Source: an uncultured Armatimonadetes bacterium (GTDB lineage Bacteria; Armatimonadota; Hebobacteria; Hebobacterales; Hebobacteraceae). From it: a DNA stretch of 64,000 bases. Position 1 is the first letter of the stretch. Each line of letters starts with the position of its first letter. A program made the translations under genes and the position numbers. Below are positions 48,624-59,953 of this stretch, piece by piece. The notes beneath the pieces are model-generated. The model was not told where the DNA came from. It saw only the letters and a list, made by a program, of their open reading frames with translations, and searched no databases. The stretch covers positions 5,591 to 69,590 of the forward strand of contig OY970296.1 in the NCBI GenBank assembly GCA_963716175.1, given 5' to 3'.

Positions 48624-49390
48624 GCAATCGAGCCGCTCACCGGTGCCCGGAATCCCCTACCAGGCTTCGTGGGCCGGAAACTCGCCCGCCGCCAAGACGA
48701 AAAGCGGCAATCCCTGCCTCACCCTTCGGCAGAGACGCGAGTGACCAAGGTGGGATCATCGGCTGGGAGTGAGAAGGGCCTTGTCAGTACGAGTCCGGGG
48801 AGAGGAAGCTTCAGTGAGTCCGGACTACTGCACAGGAAGGCTACCGCGTACGCGGCCGCTTGTCAATCGTCTGAACGGCTGGAACCAAACAGAAAAGTGC
48901 CAACAGGGACGCTGTGCCGATGTCATCGGTCCCGGGCTCCCCACGTCTGCTCGGCTAGCGGCGGCCCTAGCTGCAGGCCGCCGACGAGCCTGCTAGCGGT
49001 GGCTCAGGCCTAACCTCGGAGATAAGTCCGGATGGAACGGTCGCTTGGATCGGGGGCACGGGAGATCGTGAAGAAGGCACCCCAGTACGGGCAGCTAAGC
49101 CCTTCTCCGTATGCCAACGCGCGTTTGTGGCTCCAAAACGGAAGTTGTGCCTATCCGGTTGGCTCACCAGCATACAACATATTGTAGGTAGTTGTCCCCC
49201 CAGAAAATCCTATCTAGGGTTTCCAAGAGTTTTGTCTCGCTGGGGCTCGCCTGATATCCTCGGGGCATGACTGGCCCGACTCATCATGCAAGCTCGGAAG
49301 CCGTCTGGACGTGTCCCATCGCCATTTGACATGCGCAGAGTGTCTGGAGTACCCCGCCTGGGCGCAAGAGGTGAAGGCGCCCCTCCGACG

Positions 49391-50488
49391 CTACACGTAG
49401 TCCAGCCCCGGCAGTGGCACCGGGATGGGGAAAAGGCACGCGAGCACCGCTCCGAGTTCGCCCTTCACCTTCGGCGCGCCCGGCCCACCCAGCACCAACC
49501 TGCCCGTCTGCGACAGGTCCATCTCCTGGCCTTCATCGCCGTACGCGAACCGGCACGCCGCCTCCGTCTGCTCGAACCGGAGCCCGCGCACCTCCGCGGG
49601 CGACAGCCGCGCCAGCGCGTACGGCCGCAGGGCCCGCATTAGGCCCGGCAGGTTGAGCAGGCGGATGGTGTGGTCCGGGATGGTGCCGGGCCGGAATGCC
49701 AACCCGCGAGTGCGACACAGATACGTGAACTCCTCATCGTGCTGGGGGAATGCCACCCGAAGCTCCGTCACACTCCCGGTCGCGAACAGCGGCTCCAGGC
49801 TGTCGAGCAGCGCCGCTCGCGATCCCGCGTACTCGCCCAGCGCGCGCACCGTGCGCGGCACACCGCCCCACACGTGCGTAAGGCAAAAGTAGGCCACCGG
49901 CCGGCTATCATGCTCTACCAGCCACACTCGGTGGTAGCCCTGGTGCAGATGGCCCGCGTAGTTCTGCGCGGTTCGCACGAAGCGCACCGGCTCGGCCTGG
50001 TGCAGCCGCGCCACCGCGCTCCAGTCCTCCGGCCCGGCGCGGCGTACTGTCACCGCGCCCGGTTCGGTGGGAACGTCGCCCGGCCGCACCGTCGCCCGCC
50101 ACACCGGGCCACTGGGCACGGCATGCGCGCGCCGGTAGAGGCCCTGGTCACCGGAGATGATCAGTAGCGTCGCCTTCGCCGCTGCCGCCTCGTCTATGCA
50201 TGCCCGCAGCAGTCGCGAGGCAATGCCGCGCCCGCGGTAATCGGGATGCGTGCACACCCCGCCAAAGCTCACCACCTTCACCTTCGCCCCCTCCAGCGAG
50301 AGGCGGTTGTAGCTCATGTGGATGATGCTCACGGGCTGGCCGTCGAGGGCGATGATGCGCGTCCCCGCAGGCACCCTCGGGAGCTGCTTGCTGGTGCGCG
50401 GGGTCGGCGGATCGAAGCCGAAGCAGAGCGCACTCAGCCGGTGCAGCTCGTCCATCTCCTCGGGGCGGGGTGGGCGCGAGGTATCCAT
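49391..50488 (-). CDS. GNAT-family N-acetyltransferase, Eis-like (GNAT + SCP2-like C-terminal)
   Basis: The acetyl-CoA motif reads HPDYRGRGIASRLLRACIDEA. The start ATG 50488 reads MDTSRPP. Confidence 0.65.
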   Translation of the reverse strand: MDTSRPPRPEEMDELHRLSALCFGFDPPTPRTSKQLPRVPAGTRIIALDGQPVSIIHMSYNRLSLEGAKVKVVSFGGVCTHPDYRGRGIASRLLRACIDEAAAAKATLLIISGDQGLYRRAHAVPSGPVWRATVRPGDVPTEPGAVTVRRAGPEDWSAVARLHQAEPVRFVRTAQNYAGHLHQGYHRVWLVEHDSRPVAYFCLTHVWGGVPRTVRALGEYAGSRAALLDSLEPLFATGSVTELRVAFPQHDEEFTYLCRTRGLAFRPGTIPDHTIRLLNLPGLMRALRPYALARLSPAEVRGLRFEQTEAACRFAYGDEGQEMDLSQTGRLVLGGPGAPKVKGELGAVLACLFPIPVPLPGLDYV

Positions 50489-50583
50489 GGTCACTGCTTC
50501 CTCTGTGGGTGTGCACTTCAAGAACCCTATCATGGCACTCCTGGGCGACTTGCGTCACCTTTGACGGCCTGCTATCCCTCCCT

Positions 50584-51832
50584 CATGAGTACCGCTTCGT
50601 CCTTCTTCTTCACTGCTGGAGGCATCCTTCGCGCCCTCTGTGAACTCGCCTGTCCTTGTTACGCGGCGATGGAACCGCCCAGATCAACGTTTCCCGACGA
50701 TCCGGGCTGGTCTGCCGACAACTACAGCCCTAGCCAGCGGGGCAGCGATCTCGCACAGGCATCGCTGCGCCGGCAGCGCGCATACCGCGCCGGGGCCCAT
50801 CTGCTGCCGCGGTGCTTTGCCCGCCCTGAGCTCAAGCAGCCGGTTCCATCGCCGCGTAACAAGGACATCTGGCTCCATGCGGGAGGCAGGGAAGGAGTCG
50901 GCATGCTCAAGAGAAGACGCCCGAGGGAAGACCCAGCCCCGCCCCTTCCCGATCGGCGGGCGCTGGAGAAGGAGATGGCCAACCTGCACCGGTTGTTGGG
51001 CACGCGCCGCTTCGGCAGCGTGAAGGAGATGAAGGCTTTCCTGGAGCAGACGCTGGCCCAGACCGGGGGCCGAGTCCCAGAACAAGCTGCCGGTTCCCCT
51101 GTGGAGCAGGCGCAGAGCGTGATGTACGAGGCCTGGGATGCCCAGGGCAGCGTGCGGGTGGCGCTGGCAAGAAGGGCGCTGGAGATCTCGGCCGACTGCG
51201 CGGATGCTTATGTGCTGCTGGCGGAGGAGACCGCGCACACCGCCGAAGAAGCACGTGAGCTGTACGCGCAGGGGGTCGCGGCCGGCGAACGCGCCTTGGG
51301 TGAGCGGGCCTTCAGGAAAGAACTTGGCCACTTCTGGGAGGTGCTGGAAGCCCGTCCCTACATGCGGGCGCGGGCCGGCCTCGCCCACTGCCTATGGGAA
51401 CTTGGTCAGCGGGAGGCGGCGTTGGATCACTGGGTGGACATGCTGCGGCTCAATCCCGGCGATAGCCTGGGGGTACGCTATCGACTTATCAACGGGCTGC
51501 TGCAGTCGGGGCGGGACCGAGAGGCCGGCAAGCTCCTGCGAGTCTACCAAGGAGACGGCGGGGCCGACTGGCTTTACAGCTGGGCCTTGTGGGCGTTCCG
51601 CACCGAAGGCGACAGCCGCCGCTCCCGACGCCGTCTGACGGAGGCGATGGTGCACAACCCCCACGTGCCCGCGTATCTGCGCGGACTGCGGCCGCTGCCC
51701 CGACGCCCCCCAGAGTTGGTTGGGCTTGGAGACAAGGACGAGGCGGTCAGCTACGCGGCGGCGGCCAAGGTGATCTGGCAGGAGACGCCGGGCGCATTGG
51801 ACTGGCTCGCCCACATTCAGCAGGCACTCTAG
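50584..51832 (+). CDS. hypothetical protein with TPR-like helical repeats
   Basis: The ORF frame is open from 50246, but that upstream part overlaps the GNAT gene. The helical Ala/Leu-rich repeats include HWVDMLRLNPGDSLGVRYRLINGLL. The start is uncertain. Confidence 0.4.
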
Positions 51833-52039
51833 CAAGCGGCGGGCCATGTCGCCCCCTGTTGGTCAGGAGCTGACCACGCGTCCGGACAACGTTTCTGGGG
51901 AGGACAGGCCCCCGAGACCGACGACAGAATGCGCGACGTCAGCGCCGATGGAGACATGTCTCTACAGAGACCACTGAGCGATCGTCGGAACACAACACAG
52001 GGGATGGGCTTGACACGCCCGTCTTATGGAGACAAGGAC

Positions 52040-52200
52040 AGCATGCATCGCCTCGGGCGCTCTCAGTCGCGCGGGCAGGGCCTCTGAAAGGCACCCCAGC
52101 CCCTGCCTCCGAAGCCCGATGCTGCCACTCCATTGGCCATCACCCTGTCATCGAATCGGTCCGCATGCCTTCCGGGCAGCGCCGATGGGTTATTGGATAG
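52040..52200 (+). repeat. solo third copy of the IS-remnant 3'-end element (no transposase attached)
   Basis: 52060-52200 is about 90% identical to 24600-24745 (gggcagggcctctgaaag.caccccagcccctgc...ccattggccatcaccctgtcatcgaatcggtccgcatgcct). It ends with CCGATGGGTTATTGGATAGCACGC. Confidence 0.5.
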
Positions 52201-52224
52201 CACGCCCTCGACACCTACAGTACG

Positions 52225-53256
52225 CTACGGCCGTTCTGCTGTTGCGCCGAATCCTGCAAACAGCGGCGCCGGGCCGGTTGACTGCCTGACCACGAGCCGA
52301 GCCGTCACCCGTGGACTCGGAAGCCGGTCTACGCCGTCTCGCATCAGCCACTCGAGGGCGAGGCTCCCCGCCTCGGCCCGCGGCAGAGCGAGCGTTGTGA
52401 GCGGCGGATCCGTGAAACGCGCAGTGAAGATATCGTCTACGCCGACGATCGAGAGGCGCTCGGGCACCCGGAACCCGGACTGCCTCGCGGCCTGAAGCGC
52501 CCCTAGGGCAAGCAGGTCGTTGTGGCAGACGATGGCGGTGACCTCGCCCGCGCCACGCAGGAGATCGAGCACTGCGGCCTGACCGGTCTCCGGGCGCTGG
52601 CCGCCCCTTGCGGTCGCGATCCATTCGTCGGGGAGCTGAAGGCCGTGGTCGGACAGCGCTTCCCGGAAGCAGAAGAAGCGACTCTCGCGGCTGGCGGGAC
52701 GGTCGGTCGGATCCCACAGATAGCCGATGTTGTGGTGACCGAGAGAGGCCAGGTGGGCAACGATGTCGCGCATGCCGGTGCGGAAGTCGATCGAGAGACT
52801 CCGGGCTCCCTCCGGCAGATGGGGCTGTAGCTCCAATCCAAGCACGCGGATGTGAGCGGAGAGCAGGCGCTCGACGTGGCGAGAGTCGAGGCACCAACCC
52901 CACATGATGACGCCGTCCACGCGCCTGCTGAGCAGCATCTGGACCTGGCGCCAGGCGGCATCCTCCTCGGTTGGCGCGGTGCATACCATCACACTGAGCC
53001 GGGAACCTTGAGCTGCCAGTTCAACACCTTTGATGAAGTCGGCGTAGAATGGGTTTCCCAGGTCACCAACGAGCACCGCCACGGTGTGCGTGTTGCCCTG
53101 CCGCAGGCTCTTCGCGACGTAGTTGATCTCGTAGCCAAGAGTCTCTATGGCAGCTCGGACCCGCGCGGCGGTGGTTTCGCTGACCGATGTGGTCGCGTTG
53201 ATGACGCGCGACACTGTCGCGACAGAAACGCCCGCGCGCCGGGCGACGTCCTGCAT
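52225..53256 (-). CDS. LacI-family transcriptional regulator
   Basis: The HTH reads MQDVARRAGVSVATVSRVINATTSVSETTAARVRAAIETLGYEINYVAKSLRQG, followed by a periplasmic-binding-like sugar domain. Confidence 0.8.
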   Translation of the reverse strand: MQDVARRAGVSVATVSRVINATTSVSETTAARVRAAIETLGYEINYVAKSLRQGNTHTVAVLVGDLGNPFYADFIKGVELAAQGSRLSVMVCTAPTEEDAAWRQVQMLLSRRVDGVIMWGWCLDSRHVERLLSAHIRVLGLELQPHLPEGARSLSIDFRTGMRDIVAHLASLGHHNIGYLWDPTDRPASRESRFFCFREALSDHGLQLPDEWIATARGGQRPETGQAAVLDLLRGAGEVTAIVCHNDLLALGALQAARQSGFRVPERLSIVGVDDIFTARFTDPPLTTLALPRAEAGSLALEWLMRDGVDRLPSPRVTARLVVRQSTGPAPLFAGFGATAERP

Positions 53257-53341
53257 ACGCACTCTGGCCTGGCGATGCATCACTCGAATGGCTTTCACTC
53301 AGAACGCGGCAAGAGGCGAGGTCCGCCGCGGGAGTATGCGC

Positions 53342-54357
53342 CTACCGGACGATGAGCACCTTGCCCGACTCGCCCGAGGCGAAGGTGGCAAATGCCTGGT
53401 CTGCCTCGCGCAGCGGGAATCGGTGCGTGACGAGGTCATCAACCTTGAGCCCCCGCCAATGGAGGTCGAGGATCTCGTAATAGTCACTGGGGTTGTAGTA
53501 CCACGAACCGACGGCCGTGATCTCCTTGCGGATGAAGTGATTGCTCGGATGGATGACGGAATCGCCCTTCTCGCCGACGAAGCCGACCTTTCCGAACTCG
53601 CGCACGCACTCGAGCGCGGCAGTGAGGGTCTCCTGTGTGGGACTGCAGTCGAGGGCGATATCAACGCCAGCGCCGTGCGTAAGGTCAATGATGGCCTTGG
53701 CGGGATCCTCGGCGCCCGGGTCAATGACGGAGTCTGCGCCGAGCTGCTTGGCGAGGTTCCGACGATACGGCGAGAGGTCGGCCGCGATGGCGCGGGCGCC
53801 CATGAAGTGGAGGAGGGCGAGCATGCCAAGACCGATGGGTCCGCAGCCCAGCACCGCAGCCGTATGGAACCCGGTGGCGCCGAGACGCTTCAGGGTTCGG
53901 TAGGTGGTTCCGATAGTGTCGCCTCCGAGCAGGACGCCGCGCTCCCAACTCACGTCATCGGGCAACGGCAGGCAGCACATTCGGGCGCGGCGATGAGCTC
54001 GGCATGGCCGCCGATGAGATAGCCCATCTCCGGGCAATGCTCGTAGTCGCCCCGCCTGCAATGGTGGCAGTGGCCACAACCGATCATTATCTGGAGCGCG
54101 ACCCGGTCACCCGACTTCACATGCCGGGTCTGGTTGGCCCAGACCACCTCGCCCACCATTCCGTGGCCGACGATCACCCCGTTCGACCCCTTGGCGCTGT
54201 GGTAGGAATGCAACTCGCTGCCGCAGATCGCCGAAGCGGTCAGCCTGACCAGAGCTTCCCCAGCCTTCGGCTCCGGGTCCGCAAACTCCCTGACCTCTGC
54301 CTTGCCACCCCCAACGAAGACGACGCCAAGCATTCTACCTCCTAATGATGCTCGCAC
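53342..54357 (-). CDS. zinc-dependent MDR-family alcohol/polyol dehydrogenase, split by a frameshift near 53950-54080
   Basis: The N-terminal ORF carries the Zn motifs CGSELHSY and GHGMVGEV...CGHCHHCRRG. The C-terminal ORF carries the Rossmann motif AAVLGCGPIGLGMLAL. The two ORFs overlap in different frames. Confidence 0.65.
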
Positions 54358-54504
54358 AAAGAAGCAACAGCGGCAGGACCATGCGCCCGTCTGCGGCGTA
54401 GTCTGTCCGCGTTTCGCCGTTACCTCCCTTGGCGAAATGAGGTGGCCATTGGCGCGAGTCGCTGCTGCGGATGTTCGCCTGCTCGGCCAATGCTCCCTCC
54501 TTGC

Positions 54505-55761
54505 TCATCTCGGGATGATCTCCACGGATGTGTCCTTGTCCATCACCCGCCCAATCCAGATGAGAGCATCATCGCCGACGGCCTGGGCTCTGAACTCAGA
54601 CTCTGGCAACTCCTTGCCGTTCCAGACTACCGTCACCGGCGGCCTCCCGAGATACAGCCTGAGCACCGGGTTGACGATGGGACGAGTGGGTGAGAACTGG
54701 ATACGAACTGGACCTGCGGCCGACCCCCGGAAGCAGTAGGCCCGCTGGCTGTACGAGTACCCCTCGAAGAGGTGGGAACTCTCCACCTTGGCGCGTCCCA
54801 ACCAGGAGCCGGCCAGCGATCTCGCCTCGTCCACCCCGCCGGTGACGGCGCCCGTCAGGAAGAGCCAGGAGCTCGGACGCGGCGGGGTCACGCCCCCGTA
54901 GCTGTAGCCGCAGTTCACGAAGGAGGTGTGTGTTGCACGAGTTTGTACCTCCTCATCCGTCGCGCGGACCCACCCGACGAACTCGCGGGAGTCGTTCGCC
55001 GGCCAGTGCGAGTAGTTAGAAGCACCAGGGAATGCATTCATCTGCGGATGTGGTCTGCCACACGCCTGGCAGTTCGCGTGCGGGAAGAGCAGCCGGTTGC
55101 GCGGGAAAGCGACGAAGGGGTTGGGATGATCGCGCAGGTGGACGACGCCGATGTACTCCGACCACTCCGCGATCTCCGGCTTCAGCTGGCAAAGCGCTTT
55201 GCCTTGATCGAACGGATGGGGCCACCTGATGTCGAGTCTCTCGCCCGCCAGGTTGGTCAGTGTGAAGCCCACTGGCTCAACGCAGTCCTCGGGTCGAACC
55301 CCTGGGCCGTTGATGAGGATGAACTCTTCGACCTCCCAGATTCCGGGGTTAAGGCCGTCAGACAGCTCATCACCCGGCCACCCGACTAGCTGGCGGACGG
55401 CGATCCCGTCCGGGAACACTCGATAGTACTCCTCGGAACGGGTGTTCCCATGGAAGACTCGATAGAGACTGTTGCAGAGAGCGTTCTTCCAGTGCACGGT
55501 GACGCGGGCCGGGCCGGACTCCGTGATGTGCGCTTCGCTGAAGCGGCAGTCCTTGTCCATGATGGCTTCGTAGCAGTGCGGGTCCTCCGGCGAACTCGTC
55601 TCGAACCATTCCGGCGTGAACCAGACATCGCCCCCCAGGTCGAAGCACGGCACAAACTGGGCCTTCTCCCAGAGGATGAGCCGCCAGGGATGGCCGGTCT
55701 CGACGATCAGTGCGTCACCCTCTGTGCCCCACAGCGCGAGCTTCTTGCGAAAGGCCTTCAT
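54505..55761 (-). CDS. hypothetical protein (no recognisable motif), in the putative LacI-regulated operon
   Basis: The 418-aa ORF has no overlapping alternative. A cre-like site lies at 55874-55887 upstream. Confidence 0.5.
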   Translation of the reverse strand: MKAFRKKLALWGTEGDALIVETGHPWRLILWEKAQFVPCFDLGGDVWFTPEWFETSSPEDPHCYEAIMDKDCRFSEAHITESGPARVTVHWKNALCNSLYRVFHGNTRSEEYYRVFPDGIAVRQLVGWPGDELSDGLNPGIWEVEEFILINGPGVRPEDCVEPVGFTLTNLAGERLDIRWPHPFDQGKALCQLKPEIAEWSEYIGVVHLRDHPNPFVAFPRNRLLFPHANCQACGRPHPQMNAFPGASNYSHWPANDSREFVGWVRATDEEVQTRATHTSFVNCGYSYGGVTPPRPSSWLFLTGAVTGGVDEARSLAGSWLGRAKVESSHLFEGYSYSQRAYCFRGSAAGPVRIQFSPTRPIVNPVLRLYLGRPPVTVVWNGKELPESEFRAQAVGDDALIWIGRVMDKDTSVEIIPR

Positions 55762-55873
55762 CTCGGAGTCCCTCCAGAGTAGTTGGCCAGATCATATCAC
55801 GGCGCCACGGCACTGCCGCCGCCCCCGCGTGCCCACGGAAACCGGTTCTCCTGCAAGGCCTATGGCCCTTTTC

Positions 55874-55887
55874 AGAAAACGATTACA
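55874..55887. promoter_or_regulatory. LacI/cre-type operator candidate AGAAAACGATTACA
   Basis: One mismatch to TGWAANCGNTNWCA. The site is 110 nt upstream of the 54505-55761 start. Confidence 0.4.
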
Positions 55888-55934
55888 TCCAAGGATAACA
55901 CGGCCGCTGCCCTATGTCAACCAATCGGGGTCGG

Positions 55935-57866
55935 TCACAAGAAGGGCATGTCAATGTTGAGAATCGCCCCGATCGTCATGCGCACGAACCCGATAAGCGA
56001 CGAGCTCACTATCATGCCAAGGAAGAACGGCAGCGCTCTGCGATACAGGCGGAGGCCGCCGTACCGCATGATGACTGCCTTCGCAAGCCAGGCGATGAAG
56101 ATACCTGGCAGGTAGCAGTCCATCACCCAGGCTGAAGCGATCGGGAAGGCGACGGGATGCAACGGCCAGGCGTAGAAGCGCAGCTTCAGCGCCATGAGAA
56201 CGCCGGTGCTCACAAGGCCTACAGCGACGGCGCCCAGGAGTGACGGGTTGGCGCCGCTGGTGGGATTCTCAAGCATGCTCGCCAACTGCACCGGCACCTG
56301 CCGCGCGTGGCCGCTTGCGAACGGGTCGGCGCCGGCCCGTGCCCCGATGTGGTAGAGCACATGCAATGAGGCCCAGAACAGAGAGGGCACGACGACCGCG
56401 GTCACGCCGACCAGCACCCAGGGGAGCCGCCTCAACTCCATCCTCTGGGAATCGGCCAGCTTGTAGCTCTCGAGAGTCCAGGGCTGAGGGTTCTGAGCGA
56501 AGTGCATTGTGAACGGATATGACAGCCACAGCATCCCCTGGCCTCTAGGCGTGATGGCGGCGCTGCCGAAGAGCGCCGGCAAGAACTGGTTGGGTCCCAT
56601 GCTCACCTGCTCGAACCCGGGTGGGCCGAGCTGAGCTCGGACCCGGGTGAGCACCAGTCCGATCAGCAACAGAGTCGCAACCCAGGCCACGCTGACCCAA
56701 GTGGCCATGCCGGCCCGCCCAAACGTGTAGCAGAGGAACCCGACTGCCACCGCCAGTGCCAGCATCGCGCCACGATAGCTCATCGCCTCCCGGCTATCAT
56801 CAACGGGGGACCTCAGCCCCAGGACCCTCCGACAGACCTGGACGATGTAGCGGCGGTCGAGCCACACCGCCACCACCAGCAGGGCGGCGAGTCCGCCCAG
56901 TGACTGCATGTCAATATAGGGGAATCCCGACGCAGTGTTCGTGGACCACGCGAACTGCGACGACACGATCAGCTCGGCCTTCCAGAAGAGGTTGAAGAAC
57001 CACAGCGAAAACGACAGGTCCAGCGGCATGAGATAGCTAAGGCCGATCAGGATCGGCCACACACCGACGCCTTTCCATCGGTACGCGTTCCAGGGGGGAT
57101 GCTGGTCAATCCATGGTCCCAGATCGAAGTAGAACGGGATGACCGGGACTGCAGGGAAAAACCCGTGGAGAGTCGCCATGGTTTCAAAGATCGCAACCAG
57201 GGCGAAGCCCGCCCACATTACCTTGTTGCGCGAGAGCTCATGGCGCTCTTCAGCGATCTGAAGCGGCACTGTCGTGATGGGGAACAAGAGCCTCTCGTCG
57301 TCCACCCAGCGCCTTCGGAAGAGCGAGCTGAGAGAGACGAAGCACAGCATCAAAGCTGTCGCAACCCCGGTCCACCACACGGCAGGGACGGCCCATGCGA
57401 GGAGGACGCTCGCCGCATACGGATTGGCCTCCCCCTCGTAGAAGCCTTGGAGAACGTCCAGGTTCGATACCGTGAGCCAGCTTGGCAAGTTGGGCCAGAG
57501 GAGGTCGGCCCAGCGATTGCCCGGATTGGCAAACCAGAACGAGCCCGATATGGCCTCCGGCAAGGGGATCAGCAGGTCCACCCCGCACCAGGCGGTGGAC
57601 ACCGACAGCATGACGTATATGGTGAGCAGCTCTCCCAGGGAGAAGGCGAGCTTGGGCCGCCTACGGCGGAGAAGGGCATTGATGCCGGCGAGCGCGAAGA
57701 GGTAGAAGACGCAGTTGTAGTAGATCGGATACGGCGTGCCGGCGTCGTTGCCGAACCGCCAGTAAGTCAGGACCATCCAGTACGTGTTGAGCGGGATCCC
57801 CACGAGCCCGATCATCACCGCCCGGAAGCTCACGGCCGGCCTTCTGCGGATGCCCTCTCCGGCCAA
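55935..57866 (-). CDS. large polytopic membrane protein of unknown function (about 14-16 TM), intact paralog of 41054-43010
   Basis: The 643-aa product has many hydrophobic helices, and its C-terminal region is homologous to the frameshifted paralog. Confidence 0.6.
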   Translation of the reverse strand: MAGEGIRRRPAVSFRAVMIGLVGIPLNTYWMVLTYWRFGNDAGTPYPIYYNCVFYLFALAGINALLRRRRPKLAFSLGELLTIYVMLSVSTAWCGVDLLIPLPEAISGSFWFANPGNRWADLLWPNLPSWLTVSNLDVLQGFYEGEANPYAASVLLAWAVPAVWWTGVATALMLCFVSLSSLFRRRWVDDERLLFPITTVPLQIAEERHELSRNKVMWAGFALVAIFETMATLHGFFPAVPVIPFYFDLGPWIDQHPPWNAYRWKGVGVWPILIGLSYLMPLDLSFSLWFFNLFWKAELIVSSQFAWSTNTASGFPYIDMQSLGGLAALLVVAVWLDRRYIVQVCRRVLGLRSPVDDSREAMSYRGAMLALAVAVGFLCYTFGRAGMATWVSVAWVATLLLIGLVLTRVRAQLGPPGFEQVSMGPNQFLPALFGSAAITPRGQGMLWLSYPFTMHFAQNPQPWTLESYKLADSQRMELRRLPWVLVGVTAVVVPSLFWASLHVLYHIGARAGADPFASGHARQVPVQLASMLENPTSGANPSLLGAVAVGLVSTGVLMALKLRFYAWPLHPVAFPIASAWVMDCYLPGIFIAWLAKAVIMRYGGLRLYRRALPFFLGMIVSSSLIGFVRMTIGAILNIDMPFL

Positions 57867-57919
57867 TTCCCAGCCTCCCGTGCACGCTCCCAGCGACTCG
57901 CTGGCGCAGTACCGACTCA

Positions 57920-57933
57920 GGAAATCGTTATCA
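57920..57933. promoter_or_regulatory. LacI/cre-type operator candidate GGAAATCGTTATCA in the divergent promoter
   Basis: The core matches the cre-like consensus. A near-identical copy lies 100 bp away at 58021-58034. Confidence 0.45.
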
Positions 57934-58019
57934 TGGGTTCGGCTGCTATCCCAATAGTCCTCCTCTCGCGTTGCATGAGCGGTGGAAGGAGTCTATCTTC
58001 CCGCGTCCAACAGAGAGGG

Positions 58020-59953
58020 GATGAAATCGTTGTCATGGGCGCGAGGGCTGGCGGGCGTGCCGCTCACCGTCGCGGGGCCGCGCGAGGGTCGAACACCGAC
58101 GGGGAGGCTGTTATCGATGGAGTGGTACAGAGATGTGCAGTTTATAGCTGCCGTGCCGATGCCTGTGGAGTGGGCGAAAGAATTCGGGACGACAGTCAAC
58201 GGGATGTGGGATGACCCGGCTCGCTGGAACCGGTCGGCGGTGGAGCAGGCGCATAGAGAAGGGCGTCGCGTGCTCGTGTCCGTCCCGCTCATCGCGCTGA
58301 CCAGTCGCTACTATGAGCGCGACGATGAGCGGTATCTCCTGGATGAAGCCTGCCGGGACATCCTCGGGAATCCGGCCGAGGTCAAATGGTACTACTGGGA
58401 TCCGAAGCCGGTCTACTCCATGTGCATCTACAGCAGGACATTCCGCGATTACCTACTGGAGAAGTGCCGCACGGCAGCAGCTGCCGGAGTGGATGTGGTC
58501 AACCTGGATGAGATCAACACCAGCATCGGCCTTATGTCCCGCGGTCCTAAAGGCTCGGGGTTCTGTCCGCGCTGCCTCGAGCGGTACTGCCAGTATCTCG
58601 AGGGCGATGCTGCCGCGCGCGGTCGCGCCGGGGTGGGCAGCGCCAGCGACTTTCGCAAGCATGACTACAGTCTCCTCCTCCAGCATCTGCGCGAGGACGA
58701 GGCGCTATACCAGGAGTATGTCTCCTACCACGAGCGGGCTGCCTTCAAGACGATCCAGGACTTCATAGGCGAACTGCGCTCCGTGGCCGGCAATGGGCCT
58801 GACGCGATGGCGATCACCGCCAACCTCGCCGGGCTGGGCGCGTTCCTGGAAGGGCAGAACAGACTCTGGGGCGCACAGTGGAGCGAGCTGATCGATTTCG
58901 TCCTGATGGAGAACATCTACCTGGCCGACTCGCGGGAGTTCCACGGTGAGCCTCGTCACCTGCTCCTTCCTCGAGGGAAGTTCCTGGCCACATACCGGCT
59001 GGCCTCCTCCTTCGCCTCGCGGGCCCCGGCCTGGGTGACCCCGCAGATCTACGTGCCCAAGCAGTTAGCTGGGAGGAGGAGCCTCAATTACTACTTGCTG
59101 ATGTTCCTGGAGGCCTATGCCAACAACGGCCGCTGGGGCTATTACTGGTGGCCAGGTGTGGATGCGGAGGCACGGCGTGCAGCGACCGCGCCGGAAGCAC
59201 TCAAGGACTACACCCGATTCATACGCGATCATCGGGGCTACTACGAACGGTGCACGACGGCGAACGAGCTCGTGGTGATCTATGCGAACTCGGCTGTGCT
59301 GGCGAATCCGAAGGGCCACCTCAAGTATCTGGCGCTGGCCCAGGCCCTGGCAGAAGCGGGCTACCAGTACGACGTGCTCTACTCGGGCGACGACATCTTC
59401 ACCCCCAGCCGGCTGGACGCAGAGACGCTGGACAGGTATCGAGCAGTGCTCGTTCCGGAGGCTGGTAACCTCTCGGCGGACCAGCGCGAGGCACTGAGGG
59501 CCTACGCTCAGAGAGGGGGACGGGTGATCTTCTACTCGGCGAATGCGGTTGGCCCCAGTTCGCGGATCGCCACCTTCACCGATGATCGTCTCATGGACTT
59601 CTGGCGTGAGTACAAGGACCACCAGCGCCTGAGCATAGTGGCTCCGCTGGAAGACCTGGGCAGCGCACGTGTTCTGACCTCTGACCCGAACGTGAGCGTA
59701 GTCGTGTACCGGAAGCAGAGCGCCCTCATCTGCCACGTGCTGAACTATGACTACCGGGAGGGGGATGACACCGATCGCGCTGAAGCGGGACATCGAGATC
59801 AGCCTGCCGTGGTCAGGGCGCGAGGCGCAGCGCACCGTTCGCTGGTTGTCCTTGCAGGGGGAGGAGGAGGTCGCCGGCCGCGTGAAGGGCGGCCGTCTGA
59901 GATTCACCATCCCCTCAGTTGATGCCTACGGGCTAGCGATAGTCGGGAGCTGA
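58020..59953 (+). CDS. putative glycoside hydrolase-like protein (GH42-like TIM barrel plus GATase1-like domain), with an apparent frameshift in a G-run near 59756-59764
   Basis: The start ATG 58020 follows a GAGAGGGG RBS. The middle region ...YDVLYSGDDIFTPSRLDAETLDRYRAVLVPEAGNLSADQREALRAYAQRGGRVIF resembles the GH42 trimerisation domain. The C-terminus continues in ORF 59747-59953. Confidence 0.45.
58021..58034. promoter_or_regulatory. LacI/cre-type operator candidate TGAAATCGTTGTCA, overlapping the putative ATG of the GH-like gene
   Basis: Perfect match to TGWAANCGNTNWCA. Confidence 0.45.
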
